DNA of 49,246 nucleotides from contig JAJYMI010000089.1 of NCBI GenBank assembly GCA_021787125.1, positions 1 through 49,246 of the forward strand. Reading direction: 5' to 3'. Made by a program: the position numbers and the translations under genes. Position 1 is the first letter of the stretch, and each line of letters begins with the position of its first letter. Of the stretch, positions 48,505 through 49,246 are shown one piece after another. This DNA is from Thermoplasmata archaeon. Its GTDB lineage: Archaea > Thermoplasmatota > Thermoplasmata > Thermoplasmatales > GCA-001856825. The notes beneath the pieces are model-generated. The model worked only from the letters and a program-made list of their open reading frames with translations. It did no database searches and was not told where the DNA came from.

Positions 48505-49044
48505 CTAGGCCAGTGAATGAGAAATTTCCCGGAGTTCGTTCAAGATAGAGGAGCTAAGTGGATAGGAGAATTTCCAACTCAGCGCACCATCCACGAAATG
48601 TGCGATTTCCCTTCTTGCATCCCCGAATATTCTCTCCGCATTCGCTTGATGGTCCATTTGAAAGTGAACCATCGATACGCAGAGCAAGACGATTCCGTGA
48701 AAGAATTTACTCCTGTCGTCCTTGTAGTGTTTCCAGTAATCTTCGAATATCTCATGCCCGATCCAGTACTTCTCTTCGCTCATAGAGTGGAATCCTTCAT
48801 TGATGCCCTTCATTATTTCCTCTGTGCTATTCAGCGGGAGGGGTTCTCCCCGATTGAATATGCACAACTCACCAATGTCGCAGACTTCGGAGATGTACTC
48901 TAAACCAGAATCCAAGTCCGTAAATCTAAGGTCCACCTCCAGAGTGCTGACTCCACATCTAAAGATCTTGAACCGGTTTGGCTTAAACCTGTCTTTATCA
49001 AGGTTGTTGGTGAATAGAAGAATTCTGACTCTCCAGTCGAGCAC
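48505..49044 (-). CDS. DUF309-domain protein
   Basis: YWIGHEIFEDYW and following G-I-V...H helix typical of DUF309; start uncertain. Confidence 0.7.
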   Translation of the reverse strand: MLDWRVRILLFTNNLDKDRFKPNRFKIFRCGVSTLEVDLRFTDLDSGLEYISEVCDIGELCIFNRGEPLPLNSTEEIMKGINEGFHSMSEEKYWIGHEIFEDYWKHYKDDRSKFFHGIVLLCVSMVHFQMDHQANAERIFGDARREIAHFVDGALSWKFSYPLSSSILNELREISHSLA

Positions 49045-49172
49045 TACAGATAGATAAGGGCACTCGGCTTAATACTATCATGTCTGAGGGAATGCAAAAA
49101 GGTCTCTCAGCTTCCGGAGCTAATAGTTTGGAACAAAGTAGAATAGTGGGATTTCCAATTACGGTATCACAG

Positions 49173-49246
49173 ATGAAGAAATCGATCTCCGGAGATGATA
49201 GGGTGAGGATAACATCTCTCCCGCCAAATAGGTGGGAGGAGTTCAG
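49173..49246 (+). CDS. Probable GNAT acetyltransferase, N-terminus only (runs off window)
   Basis: MKKSISGDDRVRITSLPPNRWEEF resembles the IxxLxxxxWxxF start of many GNATs; only 24 codons visible. Confidence 0.4.
   Translation, partial: MKKSISGDDRVRITSLPPNRWEEF

Noticed and set aside
283-49057. Numerous 60-240 aa ORFs antisense to or nested in recognised genes (e.g. 13756-14475, 22803-23525, 7137-7655, 2236-2682)
   Set aside because: Shadow frames of well-supported genes with no recognisable motifs

Overview
Archaeal chromosomal window made up mostly of housekeeping genes. Gene content and protein style suggest an acidophilic Thermoplasmata-like euryarchaeon; this is inference from the egsA ether-lipid gene, archaeal ribC, a single-OB SSB, UDP-sulfoquinovose synthase and a non-phosphorylative Entner-Doudoroff cluster. 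In order it holds: a GHMP kinase / UDP-sulfoquinovose synthase / nucleotidyltransferase cluster; ribB-ribC-ribH; a small accessory pair (large sequon-rich secreted protein plus tiny membrane protein); valS with an atypical KMSKS loop; thiL; a dph5-proteasome-exosome-rpl37ae-rpoP-pus10-rpl21e-rpoF-ksgA superoperon; ychF-UPF0179-egsA-ahcY-ribD-type reductase; a DtxR + NRAMP-like operon with a palindromic operator; purB; two site-2 proteases; OsmC and DsrE; aIF5A-speB; rpl10e; rfcS-hjc; speH; an AT-rich islet; SSB with a convergent HNH nuclease; DedA; MscS; and a sugar catabolic run (MBL hydrolase-ROK kinase-gluconate dehydratase-cyclase-family hydrolase-glucose dehydrogenase-MFS). No rRNA, tRNA, CRISPR array, integrase or transposase was recognised. 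Best leads: the cyclase-family gene between gad and gdh as a candidate gluconolactonase, a structured ~135-nt intergenic element upstream of aIF5A, a possible secreted toxin/immunity pair, a non-canonical NRAMP under DtxR control, and a stand-alone HNH nuclease with an unknown C-terminal domain. All calls come from motif recognition by eye; no database searches were run.
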